In this document: one piece after another, positions 13,614 through 25,387 of the stretch
Numbering within the stretch: the stretch's first letter is position 1
Layout: each line of letters begins with the position of its first letter
Origin: Calcarisporiella thermophila CBS 279.70
Taxonomy: Eukaryota; Fungi; Calcarisporiellomycota
Direction: 5' to 3'
Length of the DNA: 64,000 nucleotides
NCBI RefSeq assembly: GCF_041956535.1
Contig: NW_027192232.1
Location: 1-64,000 of the forward strand
The notes under the pieces: generated by a model
The model's input: only the letters and a program-made list of their open reading frames with translations
The model's database searches: none
What the model was told of the DNA's origin: nothing
Translations under genes and position numbers: made by a program

Positions 13614-15281
13614 CTATCGTCCAATACCCGCCGAGGCTCGGGATGCATTTTGCCTTGACGCCCCTTGTCGCTCTTGCCCTGCCGCTTGCTTCTCTTTTTC
13701 CTTGCGCACATCGTACTCATGGGAGGGCGGGTAACTGGGCAAACTGGCATAGAAAAAAAAAATAAAGATTTGATTAGCAAACAGCTGTTATTACCCGCTA
13801 TATGCAACATGTCCAGCTCCAGTTGCAACGAAACAGCATAAGCATAAAATGATAGTTAACCTTTTTGGCTCCGCGGGCAGAGGTTCTGTCCAGAACCAGT
13901 CGTGATCTAGTGCATCAAATGCCTTTCCCCTCTGTTTCGGATTCAGGGTCAATAGCTTCTCGAGCAGATCCACGGCAGCACTCCCAAAACGCGCAAATTC
14001 ATCCTTGATCATGCGCGGGAACTGTTTAAATCTGACTTCTTTCGCCCCGGGTAGATCCCGCCAGCCAGGCCAAGTTTCGTCGGTGGGGGAGCCGCATAGC
14101 CTAAAAATGCGTTCAAGCTGCTCCATCACGGTGGAGCCAGGGAATAGAGGCTTCCCGCGAAGCATCTCCCCCATGATGCAACCAACTCCCCAAATGTCAA
14201 TTGCCTCGGTATACCGTCGTTCCTCGAGCAGAAGCTCGGGTGGGCGATACCAGAGCGTGACCACGTTGCTCGTGTAGGCCCGATTTGCTCCCTCTTCAAA
14301 TGGACGAGAGAGGCCAAAGTCTGCGATTTGAAGAACGCCTTCGTTATTAATCAATAGGTTCGCCGCTAAAATAAACAATCAACCAAACAAACAACCATTG
14401 ATAAGTGCTAATGGATGGAAACGGAGAATATTTCAACAAACCTTTAATATCACGGTGGTAGATATTATTCTAGCATAAAATGGAAGTTAGCGACTTTTAA
14501 AGAACAAACTGGTAAAATAGAGGTAATTATGATAAAAGAAAGGATACATTACTTGATGCAGGTAGAGGACTCCCTCGATCAGTTGTTTTAGATAGAGCTT
14601 GATCTGTGGGATTGTGAAATTGACCTTGGGGTTCGAGAGTAGGCCGGCAAGATCGTGCTCCATATACGGGAACACCATGTAAATTTGTGCGTGTTTGCGC
14701 TGCGCACGATCACCTGCAAATGAGATTGCAATTAATTGTGATTTGGTCGAGCAGATTCAGACATTCTTAAAAATTGGAAGTTTGAAAAAATAATAGGCAC
14801 CTTTCTGGATTGCAATATCGATCAGAGGAACAATATTGTGATGTTGTAATCGCTTCAAAATTTTAATTTCCCGCAGAGCCGTTATTGGCACCCCATCTGT
14901 CTCCTTGTGTATTAATATACGCTTCAATGCAACCATTTTTCCCGTTGACTTCCGCTTAGCTTTGTGAACAACGCCAAAGGTTCCTTCACCAAGCTTGCCC
15001 TCCATTTCATATTCATCGATGCGAGAGCATCCCGTGAAACGATGAGAGGAGTGGAGGGGATTGGGCGAACGATGTGCGCTTGGATGAGATGGAGTAGAGG
15101 GGGCAGAGTTACGTGGGGTAGAGTTTCCACCACTATTAGCATTACTATTATTGTGGTTGTTACTGTGGTTATTGCTGCCATTATTACTGCCGCCGTTTCC
15201 ACCCAATCCGGATCCACCGAGGCCTTCGGGCGTAAAATTACGCTTACGCTGTGGATCAACTTCCTCTACTGAGCGCTTCAT
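13614..15281 (-). CDS. BUR1: Cyclin-dependent kinase Bur1/Sgv1 (CDK9 family)
   Basis: [37 protein letters not shown]; multi-exon; last exon [12 protein letters not shown] ends at TAG 13614-13616; start could lie further upstream (15377). Confidence 0.92.
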
Positions 15282-15981
15282 GGGACAAGTGCAAAACCGA
15301 TCCAACCTAGAAGGCACATGAGTTTGGATTGACACCCTCTTAGTCAAAACCAGGACCAGGTGGCGCAGCTCAGCCATTTCGGTCCTCGATATTTTTTACG
15401 CGTTTGTGAACAGTAATAATAATAACATTGACTGAAGACAGACTTCGAGCAGAAAATTAGTTTATCGTTTATCGACGATAGTTTTTTTTTTTTTTTTGGC
15501 TCGGTCTCTGCTAATTCCTGATATTATAGACTTTGAAATAAAAAAGTCTATAACCAATTTCATCCTTGTGAAATCTTAATATCAACCCTTTTTGCTGAGG
15601 AATACTACTTATCTAATTATTCGCAATAAAAATTAAAAAGGGTAGAAATCTTCGACCAGTTCAAAACCGATGTCTCTAATGGATCCTGTAGAGCTCGGGG
15701 AACTCTGATCGTTTCTTGCTTAGAAGCACATAATATTTTTGAAAAAGACATTTTGAGAATGATACTTCGGTGATAGAAATGTATTTATTGCGTTCAAATT
15801 AAGAAGAGTAAATTTTGCATCGCTAGGAAAAAGAAAAAAAGAAAAAACAAGCTAAAAGAAATTCATTGCAAGATTAAAGAAAAGCTAAAAGGAATAAGTC
15901 CAACAGAAGGGAGGGGAGAGATGGTAGGGGGATATTTATAGGTAAACAAATAATATAGATGACGTCAACGAATCGAATTTA

Positions 15982-16901
15982 TCATTTTACACGCAATATC
16001 ACCAGCAATTTCAATGCTACGCTAAGGACAGCCAACACCACTCCAAACCACAGCATAGTCCGTAGAATGCCCTGTGGACGATGTATTTCTCCAATGACCC
16101 GAATGTTCCATTTGTATATCTCCATAGCTTCGCTTAGCACCGCGTCTTCCACCGGCTCCTCCAAGCCAAGCGAATCCAATCGAGCCATTAATTCTGACCT
16201 GAGCTCAGCAGCATTTTGGACGGTGAAAGCTTCAGTGCCTATACTTGATGAATGGGGATGGGTGCGGGAGGCAACGCGCCGTGGAAAGAAGTTACACTCG
16301 CGGAGCCGTTCACAGATGATATGGCCGCTCGAGAGGAGGGTACCATAGAGCGTGAATCTGTCGAAGAGACGAATTTAGCATATTGTGGCGTTATGGGTGT
16401 GCCAGAAGAGATGTGTTTGCTTACACATATGCTAGCAGAAGCTCAGGGGATGCAGCGGCAACTTGTCGTACATGGCTCTATCATAGCGTAGATATAAAAC
16501 ATCCACACCAACATCAAGAATAATAGCATCCACCATAAATATCCATTCTCTTTACATACTGTATATTCTAGCATGACTCGGGTCAGACTAATACGTCTTC
16601 TCCAATGTCGCCCATAATACACGGCCAAATCCCGTTCGAACGGCTCTGTCCTGTTCATCAGGTTCTCGATCCAAACATGTTGTAAGACCTCACACCGCGG
16701 CATGTGCCGCCGGTATTCTTCTTCCACGGTCTTGAACAGAAAGTAGAAGTCTCGCAAGGTCTGACGGTAGATGCGCGGATCCGAGAATGCCAATGGAAGT
16801 TTGGTGGAGAGGAGCCTACTAAACTGCGATTGATGCTCCTGAGTGCCTTTATGCAGTTTATCGGTGAGTTTGAGCCGCTCTTTAACGGCATCGACGCTCA
16901 T
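15982..16901 (-). CDS. Heme oxygenase-like protein (HMX1 family) with C-terminal TM anchor; catalytic motifs atypical
   Basis: Three exons; KLPLAFSDPRIYRQTLRDFYFLFKTVEEE, RTEPFERDLAVYYG, PELLLAYVFTLYGTLLSSG, EAMEIYKWN, hydrophobic tail. Confidence 0.8.
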
Positions 16902-17175
16902 TATTTATGGTATTGTAAGAAAGAAGAATATAGATTAAATTTTTTAGGCAAGATTTAGATCACTATGTGAACTGTTCTCACCTTTTCCTCTTATAAAATG
17001 CAATAGTAGTCACAAGTTCAGTTGATATTTCTATGAGGTCTTAAATTTTGTCGTGAATCCCAGAAAATAAGAATTCAATCCAAAACTGAATCAGAATACC
17101 AATAAATACTAAGCTCTCTTATTATAAATACCATCTAATTCATAGGATATCACATTATTTCAATTAATAGTAACT

Positions 17176-17207
17176 CTTTGTATAGGCCAAAAGTGGCCTA
17201 TACAAAG
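17176..17207. repeat. Perfect 14-bp inverted repeat with 4-nt loop
   Basis: ctttgtataggcca-aaag-tggcctatacaaag. Confidence 0.85.
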
Positions 17208-17304
17208 TAAGGAGTCAAGAGTAAAATATGTAATGGATAAAAGAAAAGGCTCATAAGGTTGTCAAGTGTCATAAGAAAATGGTTATAAATAAAAAAAATG
17301 GCTA

Positions 17305-19035
17305 TTACTTGGGACAATTGAGATCATTAGACCATTCCTCACTACCTACGCAATTCCGACACATGAACAGACCAGCAGGGTCGATCTGGTCCTTGATGGC
17401 TTTAAGTCGAGGATAATGGGTACCAAAATACGACTCCTGCCAGTTGGGCTCGTTTGGATCGGCCTCGTTCCCATATGTGCCAGAGTTGGGCGTTATGTCG
17501 CGCAGCTGCTTGATCAAGCTGGTCACCAGCTTACTCTGGGCTTGCTGACTTTCAGCCGTAGTGTTGCTAGTCCACACATTAGATATCATCATAAGGACTT
17601 GAGCTCTACGCCAAGCAGGATTGACGGCGTTTTCAGTGTCGGGGACCCGGGCAATCTGCCCTCCAAATAGGCCACCAAAAAGCAAGCTATTTGAGGCAAG
17701 GCGGGTCCTTATCTCGAGCAAAGTTTGGGTGAGCTTCTCGGTGGCGGCTGGGTTCCCAAAGGTATCCCGCGGAATAAGTCGTGAACCCATGATATTGTTG
17801 ACGCCGGTGGGGTTGGAGCAAGCTTGTCCGTTTTCGCAATTTTCATTATAAGGCAATAGATCCCGGAATGATTTGAAGATTGCCATGGAACCCTGGAAGG
17901 ATAATGAAGGATTCTTTTGAGCAAATTCGGCCAGTGGAGTAAAGGAACGGTTGGCGATCGATAGATCTTCGCCCGGGAGCAGATATGTGATGAGCATCGT
18001 TTTGTCAAAGATAAGGAACAGGCCTCCCCACCCAGCCTCGGAAAAAGCAGGCTGCGCACGCAAGAACTCCAGCAGAAACTCAGAAAAGCTTGTAGAATCG
18101 GTTGCATTGAGTCCGTAATATGCGGCCACGTAGGGAGTGCTCGGAAACGTGCGATGGGTAACGCTCACTACAACCCCAAATGTTCCACCGCCTCCGCCGC
18201 GCAACGCCCAAAAAAGATCCTTATTTTGACATGCATTGGCTGTGCGCAACTCTCCATCGGCCGTCACCACTTCGAATTGCAGAACATTGTCCGCGCTTAG
18301 GCCATGCTTAGGCGAAAGGGGACTATGGCCGCCACCCTGCACGTAGCCGCCTGCTGCACCCACAGATCGCTCTCCTCCGACCAACTCTAGGTTTCGCTTG
18401 TGCGAGGCTTCGTATACATCATTCCATTGTACTCCTGCACCCACAGTGACGGCACTCGCCTCCTGGATGCAATTGTTCGCGGTAAATGCTTCATGGAACG
18501 TGATGTTTTGCAAAAAATGTGTCCATATACTGAGGGCACCCGGCGCGGTGCTACGTCCAAGAAGATCGTGTCCAGTGTTCTTTATGACTAGGCGAAGATT
18601 TTGTCTGGCCGCGAACTCAACAGTTCGCTGCACATCCGCAGCACTCGAGACATTAACCGCATAGGCGGAAATTCGTCCTTGAAGGCAGGGCGTACTTCGA
18701 TTGGAATGAAGTGCGCACCCTGCATTACCGTCACTCTCCCAATTTTCCCACTGTAATGCACCAGCCTGCTGGCTACGCCAGAATGGATCGGCCCATCTCC
18801 GCTTCGCCTCATTGCACGCTAACTCGTCGTAATGTGGGTCGTGGCATCGATAGGCGGGTGGAAGAGGAGCTACAAGGCGTCCACCAACTGACGCATTGAA
18901 GCGCTCCCAAGCCGTGGCGTCCGGCCAACATTCATCGCTAGGAAGACAGCGACATTTGCGCAACGGGATCTGCTCTGCCACCAATATGGTGGGGACTAGC
19001 AGTGCAATAAGGCTGCAAAGGGAGAATTTCACCAT
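17305..19035 (-). CDS. Secreted FAD-linked oxidoreductase (FAD_binding_4 + BBE domain), intronless
   Basis: Signal peptide; CRCLPSDECWP N-terminus; IKNTGHDLLGRS; GGYVQGGGHSPLS; DLFWALRGGGGGTFGVV; YGNEAD...YPRLKAIKDQIDP. Confidence 0.93.
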   Translation of the reverse strand: MVKFSLCSLIALLVPTILVAEQIPLRKCRCLPSDECWPDATAWERFNASVGGRLVAPLPPAYRCHDPHYDELACNEAKRRWADPFWRSQQAGALQWENWESDGNAGCALHSNRSTPCLQGRISAYAVNVSSAADVQRTVEFAARQNLRLVIKNTGHDLLGRSTAPGALSIWTHFLQNITFHEAFTANNCIQEASAVTVGAGVQWNDVYEASHKRNLELVGGERSVGAAGGYVQGGGHSPLSPKHGLSADNVLQFEVVTADGELRTANACQNKDLFWALRGGGGGTFGVVVSVTHRTFPSTPYVAAYYGLNATDSTSFSEFLLEFLRAQPAFSEAGWGGLFLIFDKTMLITYLLPGEDLSIANRSFTPLAEFAQKNPSLSFQGSMAIFKSFRDLLPYNENCENGQACSNPTGVNNIMGSRLIPRDTFGNPAATEKLTQTLLEIRTRLASNSLLFGGLFGGQIARVPDTENAVNPAWRRAQVLMMISNVWTSNTTAESQQAQSKLVTSLIKQLRDITPNSGTYGNEADPNEPNWQESYFGTHYPRLKAIKDQIDPAGLFMCRNCVGSEEWSNDLNCPK

Positions 19036-20290
19036 TTGAATTGCCTATATTTGCAAACTTGTCCCTATTCAATCATCCATACCGCGAGGATTTATATAAT
19101 GAGCTTGCATTTGCACACTGATATATTCTGGAAATTTGGCGCTAAGCCGCTGAGGAAATTGGCCCGTTTCGAGTCAGGCATGGTTGATGAATATTCTTCA
19201 TGGAAAAAAGTGGTCTTGGCAAAAAATCTTAGTCGATATAATGGAAGATCGGGTCAAAATAAAAGACATATGCTCTATTCGGTCTAACCGTAATAGTTTA
19301 ACTACTAGCAGTCTGAAATAATACGCGGTTTGCTTATAGACAACATGGCCGTTGAATCCTCACTCGAAGTGCATGGAATATCCACCCTTACACCTAAACT
19401 TAACATTACTACAAATGGATACAATGCATGGTAACAGTGCACTTTGAATAGAAGAGAGAGCTCGGGTGTTGATTACGTCAAGTAAAGATGTTATTTATCA
19501 GATAATCCAATTATTATTAGGGTAAGCAGCATGTTCGGAACGAGAAGTTTAATAGGCTATTAATTGATTGGGTTGCTCTTTGGTATGATACCTGTTTATT
19601 GTGTTAAGGGCTCACACGCCCATTGATTACTTCTAAAGCCCTATGGTTTTATAAAAGTTTCTTTGTGCGAGCAGAGCAATCTAATGCTGTCATTCTAAAT
19701 CTCAGAAATTTGACGCGAAAGATCACCTTAAAAAAAATATTGGTCGGGAGCCAACCTAAAGAGAAAAACAGCTCTCCCATATTAGAGGCATGTAACCTAA
19801 CACCTAAATCTTTGGCGAAACTAAATTAATATATTGTATATAACCTGATTTAACCAATCTTCCAATACTCTACAGCCCTGGGTGATCTTGATTTCAGCCC
19901 CGTCTTTCATTAGAATAATCTAAACCGTCTTTTCAAACTGACCCTGAAATTGGGGGGCTATGTTTCCTATTTTGCTTGCTAGGATTTGGTAATCCTAGCC
20001 ACACACTTTCCAACTAGAAGGATTCTATTTGTATCATATCGAATATCAGATCTCCCCTTTGATACATATGAATTGCGCTGTCTGAACCCCGAGGTCCTAT
20101 AAATTGGGTGCCTGCTTGTGCTCTCTCAGCTGGACAGTTCTCATAGTCATATTCCTCTCTTTCTGTTGGTGTGTTTCTCCATTACAATCAAAGGTAATAT
20201 TGACAGTAATATCAATTCGGGCCTTTGATAGTGTGTGTTTGCCCAATTTTAGTATTTATATTAAGTTTACAACCTGCTTTTGCAGCCGTA

Positions 20291-20662
20291 ATGAAGCTTA
20301 TTGGGTTGTCTCTCGGTGTTCTTGGCATTGCCTCTGTGGTCCAAGCTGGCGGATTCACAAAGTTTCCCGAAAAAAACTTCCAAGGCACACCCTCCTGGAG
20401 CGATGGCAACCCCTGCCGTATAGGTTGGCCTGGAAATCCGGACCAAACCAGTTTTCGCTTCTGGAAGTCTATTAGGGCAGATCCTGGGTTTGTTTGCTTC
20501 TTCTATACCGGCAATAATTGTGCCGGTGGCTCGTGCGAAATATGTGTGGATGAACAAGGGTGGTCGGACACCACGATCTTCCGTGGAGTAACAGGCAACA
20601 GCTATAAGTGCATACCAGCCGATAGATACAAGTGTGGAAATGCGCAATGCAGGTATAAATAA
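20291..20662 (+). CDS. Small secreted Cys-rich protein (123 aa, 8 Cys) with beta/gamma-crystallin-like motifs
   Basis: Signal peptide MKLIGLSLGVLGIASVVQA; FPEKNFQG and SIRADPGFVCFFYTGNNCAG resemble Greek-key motifs; TATAAA at ~20098. Confidence 0.75.
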   Translation: MKLIGLSLGVLGIASVVQAGGFTKFPEKNFQGTPSWSDGNPCRIGWPGNPDQTSFRFWKSIRADPGFVCFFYTGNNCAGGSCEICVDEQGWSDTTIFRGVTGNSYKCIPADRYKCGNAQCRYK

Positions 20663-21218
20663 TAGCGTGGGGTCTAGAGAGTTATAGTAGGGATGCAGCA
20701 ATTAATTTAAGGCTGAGATTCGATCTTCACGATCTTCACGCTGGTTCGCATTCACACACTGTGCTTGGTAGTGTAATTTTCAAGATATAAAAGCCGAAAT
20801 AAAAAATGTCAATCTGTTATTACACGGAGAGTTGTTGACTCCTCTGCCTACTGTAGCTTACTGTAGCTCCCTTTAGCAGCTAGCTTATGCTTATGGACAC
20901 TCACTTCCCCCTCCAACTTTCTCTACTCAAGGCACTCAGGAAGAGAACGCCTCTACACACGGTTGCTGAATTCTTCGTAAATTTACAAAGACTTATATTC
21001 CATGGTTGAATAAAGACCAATATAGAAAGGACGGATATACATCAATACTGGATAATAAAACAGGGCATTCAGATATTTAGCGCGGGATATACTAAATAGT
21101 ATTTATCTTGAAGTTATTAAAGGAATTTATACAGGAATTAACCAAATTTTCACAAATAAATATTAGGAGAATAAATTAAAAAAGATCACATTGGGATCCG
21201 GGTAATTTTACAAACTGA

Positions 21219-23184
21219 TTACTCGACAAGATACAATTTGCACAGGGTCATCGTTCTATCCTTCAGTCGCTGAAGCACCGGGAGCGTCACCGGAATCTTT
21301 ATTTCGCAGCAAATATGCCGCAGCTTCCACAGATACTTGCGGGCGAGTTCTACTTCCCCCCATTCCTCATAGAGCACCGCGTTCAGGACATCTAAAGCCC
21401 CAAAGAGGGGTGCAGCAGACTTGGAGATACCACAGTAAACCCCCCAGCTAAGGCGCAATTCCACGAGATCTACAATCCTACGCACGCAATACATACAAAC
21501 GGCGAGGGCTCTATTCCCAAGTTTAGACGCGGACACGAGCACGGGAAGGAAAAACTCGATGTAGGAGCCGAGCACGTCCAACTCTTGGAAGATGGCAAGG
21601 GCGGCAAGGGCGGTCGAGTATTCGCGGGAGAGGTGCAACACGTCCTTTCTTAGAGGAGATGGGCAGAGTTTTTCATAGTTGCTGAGCAGGTGCTCTGCCT
21701 CGACGGCAAGGGTTTCCGGCTCTATCCCCTCCGCCCTGCGTAGCATTAGTTTTCTTAGAATCCCATAGAGTCGCCCTGTATATACCGCGCACTCAACGTA
21801 GAGCGCATATTCTCCAATTTCGTGCGCATAGGGGGTTGGCCGCTTCCTTTCGTCAAAAAGCTCTAACTCCTGGTCGGGCTGATTCGCAAGTAAAAAGTGC
21901 TCATGCTCCACGAGGCTAAGCATCCATCGAACGCGGTTGAATTGCTCTTGCATGTAGGCATTCGGACAGGGCTGGTCTCGGATTAAGTTGAAATGTTGAC
22001 GGGCAAGGTGTATAAAAGTCGGGTTCCCGGTTTCCATTCGTGCCCGGGTATAGAGCAAACAAAACCCGATGACGGTGGAGAGACTAGGTTTATCAAACAA
22101 CTCCTCCTATTCACAATAGCAGCATCCAACGACCGTTAGCACCTGTTCTGCCACTATATTATCCTCTAGCAATATGGAGGTTACCATGAGCATTTTCGAA
22201 GTTTGATCTGCTGTCCGAGCGATGGGCGATCGAAACCTCACCGCTATCTCGGGGTGTTCTGCATGCACGTGGCAAGTACTCCAGGCCAACGCGCTCCACA
22301 AGATAAACTCGTTCATTTTCCCTTCTCGGAAGGCTCGCATGCATCGTGGGGCATCCATGAGACGGCCAATAGTGAAATGGCAGCGAAAGAAACAGCGTAG
22401 GAGCGAAGCCATTTCATTCATCAGTTCTTTGTCTCTCATTAGTGGAGCAGGGAGTTGAACGGGGGTATCCGCTGTATAAAGTCTACGGAAGAACGCGATG
22501 CGTTCAGAAGAGAGAACAGCTTGGTACCAGTTATATTGCAGCTGCGGGAGCTGTCTCCGACTTGTTGTCGAGCTGTTGACAGGCGATCGGGGTGAACGCG
22601 GGGAGGATGTAAAATAGGATAAATGTGAAGGAGAATCTGGGCCCAACATCTGCTGCAAGCACTTTTGCAAATTTCCTGCTGATTCAGCCTTGATCCAAAG
22701 TATCAGGCTTTTATTCGTTCGACGAATCTTCCAGCCCTCGGGTAAACTTGTGGAATCTACCTCGACGGTTGGATCTCTCGATGCTATCCGCCTTTTTATT
22801 TTGGAGATTTGGGGCATATTATTTGCTAGATCCTGTTCCATTTTACGCATCCGGCGGCGAAGCTGACCCAGAAGATGGGAGATGTACCAGATGAACTGCG
22901 CTGCCTCCTCGTCGCGTTCGGGATATCTGCAATCGGCATTGGCATGTGCGCATCGTCCGCATCGAGGTACATTCATGTCACAATGGCCCTAATGAAAGAA
23001 TATAGGATGGGAACAGCCCTGTCGTTAGCGATGACTGAAAGGATGATGCTAATGCGATGGATTATACTTTGACATCTTTGCAACGTTTGCATGTTTGGAT
23101 TTGAAACACTAGAGACATGCCATTACTATCGCTCTGTTTGAATGTAGTAGAGCCATCGACACTCCATACCATTTCATAATTCAT
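21219..23184 (-). CDS. Divergent Zn2Cys6 transcription factor (TF2)
   Basis: Splices to CKRCKDVK|GHCDMNVPRCGRCAHANADCRY, then coiled coil, LPEGWKI motif and KMLM|EELFDKPSLSTV; start is ATG 23184 or 23172. Confidence 0.8.
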
Positions 23185-23450
23185 ACTTCGACGGACACCG
23201 ATATTGATGGTTAGGGAATAGAACAAAAATCGCACTGGGTATAGATGTTTCGCCAATAGAGTTTTGAAAAGCAACCATAAAAGCTAAAATAGCCAAACCC
23301 CAAGTGGGAAGATAACTGTGACTGTTGAAGCAGGAAAGAATTGCCGCCTAAATGAAGCCAGCCTGATAAAGACCATATTACATTGACGACATCTCATAAA
23401 CGCTGTAGCAGAGCTTTCATTGTAGATCTGTTATTTAATTACAATATATT

Positions 23451-24820
23451 ATGTCCATTACTAGCCTCTTGGGCTTTTCTTCCCCTGCCGACATAGATGT
23501 GTCCTTCACAGGGGAAGAATCGCGTAAATTGGTAGAGGTTAAGGTCGGAAAGAATCGAAGAGAGCAATTTCCCCTCTATCTTGATGGCGAGACGGTATCG
23601 GGGCTAGTTCACATTCGCTTGCTGGGTGGGAAAAAGCTGGATCACTTGGGCATCAAGATTGAGCTGGTCGGTAGTATTGGTAAGGACAGAGGGTATTCCC
23701 CGATGCAGGGAAGCTGTTGACGTTTGACTTTGACCATGGCAGAAATGATCTACGATCGCGGAAGACACTCCGACTTCCTCTCGCTCTCCCATGAGCTGGC
23801 AGCACCAGGGGAGTTGCACCACAACACGAAGTACGATTTCACTTTCAAAAATGTGGAGAAAGCCTATGAGTCGTATCAGGGAATTAACATCCGCCTACGG
23901 TACTTTTATTTGGCCTTTTTGTTTCGGAGGAGGGACATTATTGACGCGCGGGGGAGTCTAACCCCCATTTTCACAGATACTTTGTGCGTGTGACCATATC
24001 GAGGCGCATTTCGGACGTCGTGCAAGAACGGGATCTCTGGGTGTACTCCTACAAACCGCTCCCTGAGAAGAACGACGCAAGCATCAAGATGGAGGTGGGG
24101 ATAGAGAATGCATTGCATCTTGAGTTTGAGTATAACAAGTCTAGGTGATGGTTTGGCCGATGATCGAGCGATCTCTACCCCCCTACTAAACGCTGATGCT
24201 CTGTTTCTTATTTTCATGTGAAAAGGTATCATTTGAAAGATGTCATTGTTGGGAAGATCTATTTCATGTTGATCCGAATCCGGATTAAACATATGGAGTT
24301 ATCCATCATTCGACAAGAGATGACCGGATCAGGTACAGACCCCGATTGCCATACTAAAGAGACTGGGGGCACTCACCCCATTCTACTCTTCTGTGCCGAT
24401 AGGACCGAATCAATATAGTGAGAGCGAAACCATCGCCAAGTTTGAGATCATGGACGGAGCGCCTACTCGAGGTTAGAGATGGATCCCTAGACTGGTTTGT
24501 ATGTATGCCATGCTGATGCACCTCGATATATAGGAGAGACGATCCCCATTCGACTTTTCCTTGGCGGGTACGAGCTGACACCCACCTTCATCGATGTGAA
24601 CAAAAAGTTCTCCACCTGTTATTTTCTCAGTCTTGTGCTCATAGACGAAGAAAATCGGAGATACTTCAAACAACAAGAGGTCACCCTCTATCGGCGGCGA
24701 GGTAGGGGGGGGGGATTTTTCGAGAATGACCCATGTTTCTCTCGCTCATTGCATCTATGTTTCTGCATTATAGTAGACGACGGGTTTCCGCCTGAGGGAG
24801 AGGGTCAAAATGGGCCGTGA
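23451..24820 (+). CDS. VPS26: Retromer subunit Vps26
   Basis: Multi-exon; FPLYLDGETVSG, HLGIKIEL, FKNVEKAYESYQG, IKMEVGIENALHLEFEYNKS, GETIPIRLFL, DEENRRYFKQQE. Confidence 0.95.
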
Positions 24821-25387
24821 TGGTTGAGGGGGCTCTACGCATTGTAAATTTTTGCAATTGACACTATACGGGCATGGATAAGATTAGTCGACTCATCTCC
24901 GATTTCTCCTCGTTATTCCCATATGGAATGCTGGGAAATCTCGTTAGCCTAGGGGTTTCATTTTAAGTTTTCATTCCCAATTACAGATCGTTTCCTTCGG
25001 ATTGTGGCTTGTATATTTTTCTTTCCTTAATATTAATACACCTCCCCTTTTCCATCGCAAGAATGAGCATCCCAAAAAAATGAGTGAAGCAGAACATAGA
25101 TAAATTCTTCCTTGCATCTCTGCTATTTGCTTAATGTCTCTAGTTTAATATTCCCAAGGGCTTATGCTTGTATCTGTTTGGTTTATGTATTATTTTACCT
25201 TGCTATTGATCTTCACGTACTCCTCCACTTAGTGTATTGCTTTAACTTGACCCGTCATCTGTGATTATATTATCTGTTTAGATCCCCCCTGTGGACATTA
25301 TTATTGGATGTATGGCAGTGTAGAGAATCTGTAGCTCTTCTAATCCATTCAGGACTATATACCTTTTTATTCAATACTATATCATAT

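Noticed and set aside
22100-22190. Two separate ORFs (21219-22100 and 22107-22976) as two genes; likewise 40586-41449 and 41524-42342
   Set aside because: Each pair is joined by an intron at a homologous position into one Zn2Cys6 gene
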